64,000 nucleotides of DNA from Tubulanus polymorphus (lineage: Eukaryota > Animalia > Nemertea): positions 1 through 64,000 of the forward strand of contig NC_134032.1 in NCBI RefSeq assembly GCF_964204645.1. Reading direction: 5' to 3'. A program made the position numbers and the translations under genes. The notes beneath the pieces are model-generated. The model had not been told where the DNA came from. It saw only the letters and a program-made list of their open reading frames with translations, and did no database searches. This document shows, piece by piece, positions 10,277-20,505 of this stretch; position 1 is the stretch's first letter; each line of letters opens with the position of its first letter.

Positions 10277-12705
10277 TTGGTGAGTTAAATCAACCGGAAT
10301 TAACCAATGCTTCTCTGATTTCTTCCATTTCCAGGTCCGACGAACACGAAGAACCGGCACCAAACCGAGCGCGACGCGATCCGGTCACCGCTCTCGGGAG
10401 CCCGGTGGTCAACCTCACACGTTCACTCCGCCTAAGTCCGGCGCAACATCAGCTACTCCGAAAGGGCCTCACTTATTGCCCGACTCCAAAAATCGGTTCT
10501 GATGCCGCCGCGACCGAGCGCACCAAGGGAGTGTGCCGATTCAACCGGCTAGTGAAACTCGACCATCACTTCCGAGACAAACCGGACCGCGAGGCTCCGC
10601 GTTTCCGTCTGCCCAGCAGTTGGGCTCCGGATGAAATAGAACCAGTAATCGCCGGGTTCTGCAACGACGCGCACGAATTGGCTCAACAAACCAGGGATAC
10701 GCGTCGCGTAAATGATAACCTCACTAAACAGGAACGCGAAGCCCTCCAGCAGCTGCGTGACAACACTAATATTGTCATCAAAGCCGCCGATAAGGGTTCC
10801 GCTACGGTTATCATGGACCGCGACGACTACGTCCACGAAGCCATGCGCCAACTAGCCGATCTCGAGTATTATCAGCCGCTGCAGCAACCGATCTTCGAAC
10901 AGACCGGGGAAGAAATTCGCGAAATCATCGAAAATATGGCTCGACGAAAAATCATCCCGCTAAAAACCGCCGAATATCTATTACCGCCCGATAATCCGAA
11001 ACAGAGGCAGTTCTATCTGCTTCCCAAAATCCATAAAGAACGCGAGAAGTGGACGGTACCCGATCGCGTACCGCCGGGGAGACCGATCGTCTCCGACTGC
11101 GGCTCCGAAACCTACGAAATTTCGGAATGGATCGACTACTATTTGCAGCCGATCGCCCGCGGTCACCCGTCGTACGTCAAAGATACCAACCACTTTCTAG
11201 ATATTTTGGCCGGTAAACAATTTAGCGCCGATGCGTTACTCGTCACCATGGACATCGATTCGCTCTACACCAACATCCCCCACGAAGAGGGTATCGCCAG
11301 CATCCGACAAGCTCTCCGAGATAACCCGAACCCGGGACGCCCGGATGCCGAGCTGCTGAAACTACTCGAAATCAGCCTGAAGAAAAATGACTTTAACTTT
11401 AACGAAAACACATATTTACAGGTAAAAGGTACCGCAATGGGTAAGCGTTTTGCTCCTTCTTATGCCAATATCTTTGTAGCCGAATGGGAAAAAGAAGGTC
11501 TGTCCAGAAGCGAACTCCAACCATCGCTATACGCTCGGTTCATCGACGACATCTACATAGTTTGGGAACACGGCCGCGAAACGTTGATGCAATTCATCGA
11601 CGTCCTACAAACAGTGAGCCGATCCATCAAACTCAAGTTCGAAATCAGCGACACCAGCGTCAACTTCCTGGACGTAACCACTTTCAAAGGCCCGCGATTC
11701 GAGACAAGTGGCACAGTAGACACCAAAGTCTACTTCAAACCAACCGATTCGCATCAATTACTACATCGATCCTCGTTTCACCCTAAACACACGTTTTCCG
11801 GTATAGTTAAAAGTCAAATTCTCCGGTTCCGGCGCATCTGCAATAACGATTCGGACTTACACGCAGCGTCCGGAACCGTCCTTAAAGTACTCAGAGGTCG
11901 TGGCTACAAAGACCGCGAACTGCGACACATCAAAAGCCAAGCTCTACGGCACCACGCCGAACGAGATCTACGAGAACAACAACGGGCCGACGAACCGCCG
12001 AAAAAGCGTTTACCGCTTATCTTACCTCACTCCGAAGCCAACCGAACCCTAGCCCGTAACATCCGAACCAGATTTACGGAACTGGCTACGGCCACCGGCC
12101 GGTCGGACGAGGTAACCACGGTCACCGCCTACACCAAGCACAAGAGTCTCAAAGATCTCCTAACTTCGTCGCAGCTCAAACCCACGGAGCCACCCCCTCC
12201 CCGAGTCCCCTCTTCACCGCATCGTAACAGAAATACTTCCGTTGTTTCCAATTCTTCTATTTCCAGGTCTACTCAAAGAACTCCGTCAACCCGACGTCGA
12301 GGCACCGAGAAATGCAGAACACCGAGATGTCGTACGTGTCCACTCGTCCGAGAAACAACCGTTTGCCGCAGCCACAACAAAATGCACGCGATCCGCAGCA
12401 CAATTAATTGCGCGACCCGTGAAATTGTATACTGCATCGAATGCACCAAGTGCAACATGCTGTACGTCGGCCAAACCGGAATGTCTCTACGAGAACGCGT
12501 CACTCATCACGTCTCACGCATCAGAACGAAGAATTCGACTCCAGTCTCGGACCACTTCAACCAAGTCGACCACACCCGCGAACACTTTCGGGTGTACGGT
12601 CTCCAACACCTACCAGGCTCCACGAGACCGATCCGCGAAGCAGCCGAACAAGACTGGATACGACGACTCGACACGAACACGCCCCGAGGCATGAACGTCC
12701 CGTAG
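10240..12705 (+). CDS. PLE ORF2: reverse transcriptase + Cys-rich linker + GIY-YIG endonuclease (ORF track starts at GTG 10405; frame is open from 10240)
   Basis: KGLTYCPTP, IKAADKG, FYLLPKIHK, PGRPIVS, MDIDSLYTNIP, GTAMG, RFIDDI, FLD, YFKPT..HPKH. Linker C-x4-C-x2-C. VYCIECTKCNMLYVGQTG..LRER..H..HF..E..WI..L.T..P.GMN. Confidence 0.95.
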   Translation, partial: FKLSISETNGSTIGELNQPELTNASLISSISRSDEHEEPAPNRARRDPVTALGSPVVNLTRSLRLSPAQHQLLRKGLTYCPTPKIGSDAAATERTKGVCRFNRLVKLDHHFRDKPDREAPRFRLPSSWAPDEIEPVIAGFCNDAHELAQQTRDTRRVNDNLTKQEREALQQLRDNTNIVIKAADKGSATVIMDRDDYVHEAMRQLADLEYYQPLQQPIFEQTGEEIREIIENMARRKIIPLKTAEYLLPPDNPKQRQFYLLPKIHKEREKWTVPDRVPPGRPIVSDCGSETYEISEWIDYYLQPIARGHPSYVKDTNHFLDILAGKQFSADALLVTMDIDSLYTNIPHEEGIASIRQALRDNPNPGRPDAELLKLLEISLKKNDFNFNENTYLQVKGTAMGKRFAPSYANIFVAEWEKEGLSRSELQPSLYARFIDDIYIVWEHGRETLMQFIDVLQTVSRSIKLKFEISDTSVNFLDVTTFKGPRFETSGTVDTKVYFKPTDSHQLLHRSSFHPKHTFSGIVKSQILRFRRICNNDSDLHAASGTVLKVLRGRGYKDRELRHIKSQALRHHAERDLREQQRADEPPKKRLPLILPHSEANRTLARNIRTRFTELATATGRSDEVTTVTAYTKHKSLKDLLTSSQLKPTEPPPPRVPSSPHRNRNTSVVSNSSISRSTQRTPSTRRRGTEKCRTPRCRTCPLVRETTVCRSHNKMHAIRSTINCATREIVYCIECTKCNMLYVGQTGMSLRERVTHHVSRIRTKNSTPVSDHFNQVDHTREHFRVYGLQHLPGSTRPIREAAEQDWIRRLDTNTPRGMNVP

Positions 12706-12819
12706 ACCGCCTCACTACAACAATTAACTCTCACTACTTTTTTACAGGGATAACCCGCTGCCCGTGCACTAGTGGGGTCTCCAAACCTTCGGTTTGGTCC
12801 CCTAACCTCTATCTCTAAA

Positions 12820-13170
12820 CCTAACCCTAACCCTAACCCTAACCCTAACCCTAACCCTAACCCTAACCCTAACCCTAACCCTAATTCATTAACCCTAACC
12901 CTAACCCATTAACCCTAATTCATTAACCCTAACCCTAACCCTAACCCTAACCCTAATTCATTAACCCTAACCCTAATTCATTAACCCTAACCCTAACCCA
13001 TTAACCCTAATTCATTAACCCTAACCCTAATTCATTAACCCTAACCCTAATTCATTAACCCTAACCCTAATTCATTAACCCTAACCCTAATTCATTAACC
13101 CTAACCCTAATTCATTAACCCTAACCCTAATTCATTAACCCTAACCCTAATTCATTAACCCTAATTCATT
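12820..13170. repeat. Proximal telomeric tract: canonical to 12884, then variant repeats (CCCTAACCCTAATTCATTAA)n
   Basis: Direct reading. Degenerates into ~60-bp repeats up to about 13370. Confidence 0.95.
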
Positions 13171-13401
13171 GTAATTAATCGTAATCATGTGTGAAATTAG
13201 AGAATCGGATAATTAGCGTAATCCTATTAACCTTAATCGTAATCCCATTAACCCTAGCTTGTAATTAATCGTAATCATGTGTGTAATTAGAGAATTGGAG
13301 GATTAGCCTAATCCCATTAACCCTAGCTTGTAACTAATCATAATCATGAGTGTAATTAGAGATTTAGAGAATTAGTGAAGTACTAGTGAAAATCTGTCAA
13401 C

Positions 13402-13555
13402 CACCGACACCGGGACTCGAACCACGGATGTCTCGCTTGCCAGGCAGGCGATGCTCTACCACTTGAGCTATCGGGGTGACTTGCTGGTTTTCACCTTTGA
13501 TTCGTTGTTAGCCTTCTGGCACAGACTAGTGTTAGGATCACAGATAGAGGTTTTG
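13402..13555 (-). mobile_element. Diverged, inverted relative of the 353-bp element (tRNA-like part 13402-13477 plus AACCTCTATCT..CCTAAC..CTGTGCCAG block)
   Basis: Reverse complement reads AACCTCTATCTGTGATCCTAACACTAGTCTGTGCCAGAAGG ... TAGCTCAAGTGGTAGAGCA..TGGCAA..TCCGTGGTTCGAGTCCCGGT, colinear with the array unit. Confidence 0.75.
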
Positions 13556-14186
13556 TGGCTCTTGACCATTAATAACGCACCGAATTATTAACTCATTGAC
13601 TATTATTCAACCCTTTTCATAGGTTGTTCACTTGCGTAAGGGTCTTTTCTCTCTGCCTGAAACATTTCAGGCAACTACGATCATCCTTAAGGGAATTAAA
13701 ACAAGTTTTAAGGGGTTATATTTTCAGGTCTGGACAGAGTATTTTCGCGTATTTTCACCTATCTCCGACACTCATTTTCGCAACCTAGGCTCAATGGAAG
13801 CCCGCACCCGAGGTTTTAATGCTTCTATACATACTATAGGGCCCCTTCTAAATACCTGACATGTTTCAGGGCCCTGAGCATCTACAAAGGGTCTTGTGAC
13901 CCCCTGAAATGTGCTCGCACGGCCGTCTGAGACCTCTGGTAAATCCGTGCGTCAAAAGGTAGAAAGGGGTGACTTGCAGGTCTAGGGTCCTTTTATAAGA
14001 TTTGCACACTTTGATTAGACCCTCCCCTAGGTCACTGAGAAGTTTCAGAGCCCTAGGGCCACTATTAAGGTCGTAGGAGATGTTAGAAGCGTCATTTTTC
14101 ACGTTTTTCATGTCTCATGTGTATTTTGGCGTATTTTGACACTGATTTTTCGCGTTGGGTCCGCCCAGACCCAACGGACCCCCACG

Positions 14187-14255
14187 ACCCATCTTTTCAG
14201 ATTGAATCCATCAACTTCAGGAAAATAAGTAGCCAGAAAATTCGGAATCTTTCAA
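14187..14255 (+). repeat. Isolated fragment of the 102-bp satellite
   Basis: ACCCATCTTTTCAGATTGAATCCATCAACTTCAG..AGCCAGAAAATTC matches the 33.3-46.7 kb array. Confidence 0.9.
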
Positions 14256-14503
14256 TGTCATGACTGTTATGCTATATTTTACATTTCAATATCTTATAAG
14301 TTACAGTCTATGGTTTTGTATACAGTATTCTCAAGTTGGCATCCAGTCATACCACAAACTATTCCCAATCAACTGTTAAATGTTAACCAACCATATAATC
14401 ATGTACGCTATATACAGTCCTCTGAATAAAGCCGTTAGTCAGTAGAGTTCATATTACTACACCGTGTTGGTCGTTTACTTTGGGTCCGCCGCATTTCAGT
14501 ACA
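14256..14503 (+). repeat. Probable 5' LTR of the BEL/Pao element, followed by a primer-binding site at 14506-14519
   Basis: TGT...ACA termini, internal AATAAA, then TT-TGGTCCCTCGAGCC and gag. No second LTR in the window to confirm. Confidence 0.7.
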
Positions 14504-16715
14504 TTTGGTCCCTCGAGCCTCTACTAGTGATTTGGAAATGGAAAAAATGGAGAAACTCAAAGCGTCACGTGCAACCCATCGATGACAATTTACTAAGCTG
14601 AAGTGATGTGACCAGTCGTTGCGTGAGGAAAATCTAGTAGAAGGTACGTCATTTTTGTAAAATATGAAATTCAAAATTTGAACTCTTAGAAAGTTTGGAC
14701 TGTCAAATCTTAGAGGAAGCGCATGTGTCTATCACATCTTATATAGACTTGGTTGTCGAATTCGACGAGTATATTTGAGAACGGAAGCTTGAGGTGGACA
14801 CATTGGCTTTCAGTGAGCTGGCATTAAGGATGAAAGCTTCAACCACCAATTCACAAAATTCGAGGGGCGCTAATAGTCAGTCGATTAACTTACCGAGTCT
14901 TAAGAATTCATGTATTTAGTGGTCAGTTGTTGGAGTGTCAATCCTTCTGGGATCTGTTTATTGTCACAGTGGATATCAGACCAGATTATTAGATATTGAA
15001 AAGTCCAGCCACCTTTTGTGTTATTTAAGCGGTGAGGCCAAGACTGCAGTAGAAAGGTTATCGTTGTCGGCAACGAATTATCAGTCAACAAAGAAATTAC
15101 TTTTTTCACGTTATGGTCAACCACACAAAATTGCGGAGGCGCACTTGATAGCGTTAACAAACAGATTTGCACCGTCCATCGTCTGATAAGAAATCACTTC
15201 GTTCGTTTTATGACAGTATAGAAGTTTATGTTCGTTCGTTAGGCCGACATAAAAATTCTTACGAGACATTACTAGTACCAGCAATCTTATCGAAATTACC
15301 AAATGTTATCAAGGCCAATCTTACTCGGATTAATGTAAAAATGAATGGTAATTGGATGATTATTGCAAGCATTGTTAACTGAAATTTTTAATTTTGGATT
15401 TTTGCAGCGATTCACCCCTACCAGAAGAACGTGGGCACTACACCTCTACACTTCGCACCAATACAACTCGAGATGTCCGGAGATACAGCTGTCTTTACTG
15501 TGGTGGTAACCATACCCCCACTCTCAGCGATAAGGTCACGGATGTCAACAAAAGGCTTCGAAAAGTTCGTGAGTCTAATTTGTGTTTTAATTGTCTCGGC
15601 AAACACCGGCTTAATTTGTGTCGTTCAAAAATCGTTGTAAAAAATGTTCGCAAAATCATCATACGCCTTTGTGCGGTGCCGTGTTTTCGAATCGTATTAA
15701 TCCTGTGAAGCGAATCGTCCATTCATCAATTGGAGTGAACACCGAATCAACCTACGTCAAAAGTCGCGTCATCATCAAATCATGTCCCAATATCTCAGAG
15801 CTCAGCGAATGTTAGTCCGAAAATTTGCTTGAAAACCGCGGTCGTCTCGTTGCAGTCAGAAAGCGTAAAATTGGACGCGAATTTATTATTTGATGACGGA
15901 TCTCAACGGACCTTCTTCGCAGAGAAATTGGTTAGAGAGTTGGGTGTTCAACCAATTGGCAAAGAATTAATTAGTACAGGTAGTTTTGGATCTAACATGC
16001 CGAGTAATCAAGAAGTTGACGTAGTTAGCATTAAAGTTTCATGTAATGATAATTCAATAGAAATAATCGAAGCTTTAGTCATCCCCTTGATCACTTGACC
16101 CTTAGTTAATTTCCAATTAAATCTAAGCAAAATTCCGGAATTCAATGGGTTGAGGTTGGCACGTTTTTGTACGTCAGTAATAGGAAAAGTGGGGTTTCAG
16201 ATAAATGGGTTTCATTGAGTACAAAGGAATTAAAAGATTTAGAAGGATTTAAAATAATCTATCATGGAAAAAATGAAGATGGTCATCATGATTTACAAAT
16301 TGTTGATTAAATTTTTAAAAAATACATTAATTAAATTAATGAATATCTAGAATCCGAAATGACTTATCTGAACAATTTAATTGCTCCGCATAGATAGACA
16401 AAAGTAGTGATCCATTAATGATTAATCCATTTTTTTTGTTATCAATTTTGGAATTTCAGAAGTATTTTCATTTTTGATAGCAGTTGTTTCAGAATTATCA
16501 ATATCATAAATTTTATTTGATTTTTCATACATCCAATCAAAATGAATATAATTACAAATCCAGTTGTAAAATATAAATATTTATCAAATATTCTATTATT
16601 AGAAGTAGCAGAAATAAAAATATTTTCACCATTTTCATAAACATCTTTATTATCTATTTTTTCTTTTTTAGCTTTTTTATATTCTTGTGATTGAATTCCT
16701 AATATCCGAGACTGT

Positions 16716-17306
16716 TCAATTTGTTTCAGACTTCTCAGGTTTTTCTTCACAGTTAATTCCTTCACTTCTTCCACTTCGCTCATTTATTGTAGAAAGATTT
16801 TTACTTTCAATATTCGAAAATGTTGTAACTCCAGTTGATAATAATGTCATAAATCCACCTAATTGAAATGATAAATATCCAATCCATTTATTTAATTCGG
16901 TCATAACTAAATAATCATTTTTTAAATCAGCATATAATCTATTTTCATCTTGAATTGGCAGCATATAATTACATAATTTACTATAACCTTTTACTACATT
17001 TTCTGATATCGCGTCATTAATTCTAGCTGTTCTCGCGGTTTCATAAATCTTAAATAATTTAATAATTTTATCTGATTTCATTGTATCTAATTCATTATAA
17101 GTTAAATTTTTACATTTTCCAGATGCTATTAATATTTCTAATTGATGTTTACAATAATGATAATATTCATGATTATTATTTGTTGTAACATTATTTAAAG
17201 CACCATCATCTGGATTTAATTTTGTTTCTGTTATTCCTAAATCATCTAAAGTTTTTTCAATTGGAACATCACCATTTTTAGATTTTATTTTCTTTTCACC
17301 TCCCAT
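16716..17306 (-). CDS. Polinton ORF of unknown function (196 aa)
   Basis: Uninterrupted ORF with TATAAATG start context. No motif recognised. Confidence 0.5.
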   Translation of the reverse strand: MGGEKKIKSKNGDVPIEKTLDDLGITETKLNPDDGALNNVTTNNNHEYYHYCKHQLEILIASGKCKNLTYNELDTMKSDKIIKLFKIYETARTARINDAISENVVKGYSKLCNYMLPIQDENRLYADLKNDYLVMTELNKWIGYLSFQLGGFMTLLSTGVTTFSNIESKNLSTINERSGRSEGINCEEKPEKSETN

Positions 17307-17513
17307 TTATATAACAAAAAAAATAGTTGTGATGTTGCAACTAGAATTTAACTAGAATGTAACTAAAAATCAACTAGATTAACAAACTAGTTGAATTATT
17401 ATTGTTTTTATTTATTTCTTGTTAAATCTAGTTGATTTTTATTCCAACTACCAATAACTAGAATTCAACTAGAATGTAACTAGAATTCAAATAGATCAAC
17501 AAGCCAGTTGAAT

Positions 17514-18093
17514 TTAAATAAATTCATATTTAAATGGGTGTTGTAATCTAAATAGTAATTTTGATCTTTTATTATTTTTCAATTTATCCATATATTCATT
17601 ATGTATATCATGTGGAATTATATCATTTTCCTCAAGTGCATTTTTCATCGATTTTCTATCTTTATTGTAGAATAAAACTAAAAATCTAATGTTTTCTCTA
17701 AAATCTTTAATAATTGAATTATATTTTTGATTTAAACCCCATGTTGTTATCCTAAAATGTCTACCAGAAAAAGCTAACTTTAGAATCATGTAAATTTGCA
17801 CAATCGTCTATAATGAATAATGTATTTGATCCTTTATATATATCAATTGCTATTTTAATACAATTATCTAAATTTTCTTTTACTGTTTAAGGATCTAATA
17901 TAATAAATTTATTATTTCTAGTAATATTTCTATCATAAGTTTGATTAAATTCATATGTTGGACAAAATAATATTATCAAAATAGTTTTTATAAACAGTTT
18001 CTAATAAATTTAATATAAAATAAGTTTTTCCACAATTTGTTACGCCAGAAATTACCATATTATGAGGCTCATATAAGAATAATTTCTATTCAT
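17514..18093 (-). pseudogene. Polinton packaging ATPase (A32/FtsK-like), frameshifted
   Basis: Walker A ISGVTNCGKT, Walker B LFIIDDC, SGRH motif. Confidence 0.8.
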
Positions 18094-18104
18094 TTATATA
18101 TTTC

Positions 18105-19193
18105 TAATTTTACTTGATAATATCCATTCATTGAATTTATCTGGCCATCCAACCCATTTTACTAAAGAACATTTTTTTTCTTTTAACAGTTTTTGTTTTT
18201 AATACTTTTTCAATTTTATATTCTTGTTCTAGATTTTCAGTAGTTAAACTCAATTCTTCTTCATAAAACCCATCAACTTCTTCACCATCTAAATCTTCTA
18301 ATTTATAAACATATGGTTTTGTTATTATTACCTTTTTCGATCGTATCCCTTGTCAAATATCTTTTTATACTTAGAAATTCTAACATTTTGACCAACTTTA
18401 AATTTAGGTTCACCAAAATCATCTACAAGAAATGCTCCGTATAAATTATTCCAAACAATTTCAGCATTTTCAGGTTTTCTAGCATCAATAGGTTTCATTC
18501 CAATAGAAGAATGATAAGAATTATTATATCCTTCTATCAATTTTGGTAAAACATCAATCCATTTAAAAGTATTATTTGCTGTAAAATATTTCCACATTCT
18601 TGTTCTTAATGTTCTATTAAATCGTTCAACAACTGCTACTTTTTTATCCGATTTTGTTGAAAAATATTTAATATTATGATTGTCTAAGAGTTCATGAACA
18701 AATGAATTATCAAATTCTTTTCCATCATCAAATTGTATTTTTTCTGGTTTTAGTTTATCATCCGAAAGAAATTTTCTTAAAACATTTGATGTTTGTACAG
18801 CATCTTTTCTATAAAGTGTGGAAGCTCCATACATAACGACTAAAAATATCAATTACATTCAATATTCACCAATAATCATCATTATCTTTCTTAACATTTT
18901 TCATATCAATTAAATCTCCTTGCCACTGTTGATCTACATAACTTACCATAGTTTTACGAGTTTTATATTTTCTAACAATCTTATTATGTGTTGTATATGT
19001 TGGTTGTTCTAACATAAATTCATTTATATCTTTATATTTAACTAAATGTTGTGGGATTATCTTATCTAATTTATCTTGTTTTACTTGACGCCATATATTT
19101 TTGGTAGAAGAATAAGCAACCGAACTCTCAGGGTTGTAATATATATTTCTTAAATATTGTTCTTTAGTATTAGGAGTTTTTTTACCACCCTAT
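18105..19193 (-). pseudogene. Polinton retroviral-type (rve) integrase with C-terminal chromodomain, disrupted
   Basis: QWQGDLIDM, QFDDGKEF, VVERFNRTL, YNNSYHSSIGMKP, FKVGQNVRI; LVKWVGWPDKFNEWI near 18120-18165. Confidence 0.9.
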
Positions 19194-19209
19194 TTATATA
19201 TTGTTAATT

Positions 19210-20465
19210 TTAACTTTATATTTCTAATATTGAATACTATCTAATTGTGAATTTACAATATTTAATTGTGCGTCAGATATAATATGAATATGCATTTTGA
19301 AATTTAAGCTTTCTTTTTTCTTTGTCACGAATAATTGTATTCCATCTTTAGTGTTCTGTAGTTTTTACCCAGAACCATGTAATGAATTATCTTCAGTTGT
19401 TCTAAAATCTAACCATAATGCATATTTATTGCCGGTATAATAATCAATTTGATCAATATTACAATTTTCAAATGATTTTACTTTTTCATTCATAAAATGT
19501 TTTCTAATTTCTGGCCATTGATCTATCATTCTCATTCCTTGACAAGATATTTTATTTGCTATTCCTTCGATAGTTATTTCTACTTTTGTTATTTCAGGAC
19601 TATAATAATTATCTACCTTTATTGCGCCATTAGAATATGTTGCAATGGGAAAAAAAATATTAATATACCTTTAATAGATCTTCTTGGGAAGTTAATATTC
19701 TCATTAATTATTTCATCATTTGCATTAATAGTTACAGTTTTAAATTTATCAATATAATCATATAATAATGAAAATCCTTGATTGTATCCAGAGTGAATTG
19801 TATTAGCAATATTTTCATTAGTTACTGTATTATATTCTAAACATATATTCGATAATTTATAACCCATATCTTTAACAACGCTAGATAATACAATTTCATT
19901 TTCAATTGTATCAATGTTATTTCGAATATAATATCTTCTTGAATTGCGTATTTATATAAAGGCGCATTATTATTTATCAATTCAAAGTCTAATGGAATTC
20001 TATATTTGCTTCCATAAATCTTTTTTTATCAAATTATCTGCGGTACGAGTTACTATTGCGTCATTAGCTCCTGATCTTAATTTATTTTGGTTTTCTGATT
20101 CCTTGAAATATCATATTATTTCTATTTTCTTTAGTTAACCATAAATCTTTATAATTCATAAATAAATTATCATCATCTAATGAGAAAACTGTTTCTGGAC
20201 CGATGTAGTTAATTTTTTAATCAAATATCTTCCAACATTATCAACAACGTAATTATTATCATGGCCAGTTTCTTTTATATCGGCTGATAAATAAATACTA
20301 TTTGGAACATAAAAAGTATTTTGTGTTAATCGAGGAATTCTAACATAAAGTTTCATCGGGATTAATATTTGAAGGATTATGAGTAATTATATGATGCGAT
20401 CTTTCTGCTTTAATAGCATTAGATATTCTAAAAATCTTAGAAGGACTTATATAACTCCCACTCAT
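19210..20465 (-). pseudogene. Fragmented Polinton gene, possibly the major capsid protein
   Basis: About 1.25 kb of fragmented frame (NICLEYNTVTN..NINFPRRSIKGILI). The capsid assignment is inferred from size and position only. Confidence 0.4.
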
Positions 20466-20505
20466 TTATTTAAGAAAAAAATTAATTATTTATTTTTGAT
20501 TATGT

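Larger units (their letters stand above)
6715..12825 (+). mobile_element. Penelope-like retroelement (endonuclease-containing, Neptune-like), two ORFs, flanked on both sides by telomeric repeats
   Basis: PLE-type RT plus C-terminal GIY-YIG. (CCCTAA)n ends at 6714 and resumes at 12820. Assigning the 2-kb non-coding 5' part to the element is inference from the flanks. Confidence 0.88.

Noticed and set aside
10405-12705. Telomerase RT, or a selenoprotein-type (Naiad) PLE
   Set aside because: No TERT-specific T/CP motifs recognised, a GIY-YIG domain is present, and there is no in-frame TGA.
8735-12818. Overlapping alternative-frame and antisense ORFs in the PLE
   Set aside because: Expected shadows of GC-rich, low-complexity coding sequence; no motifs.
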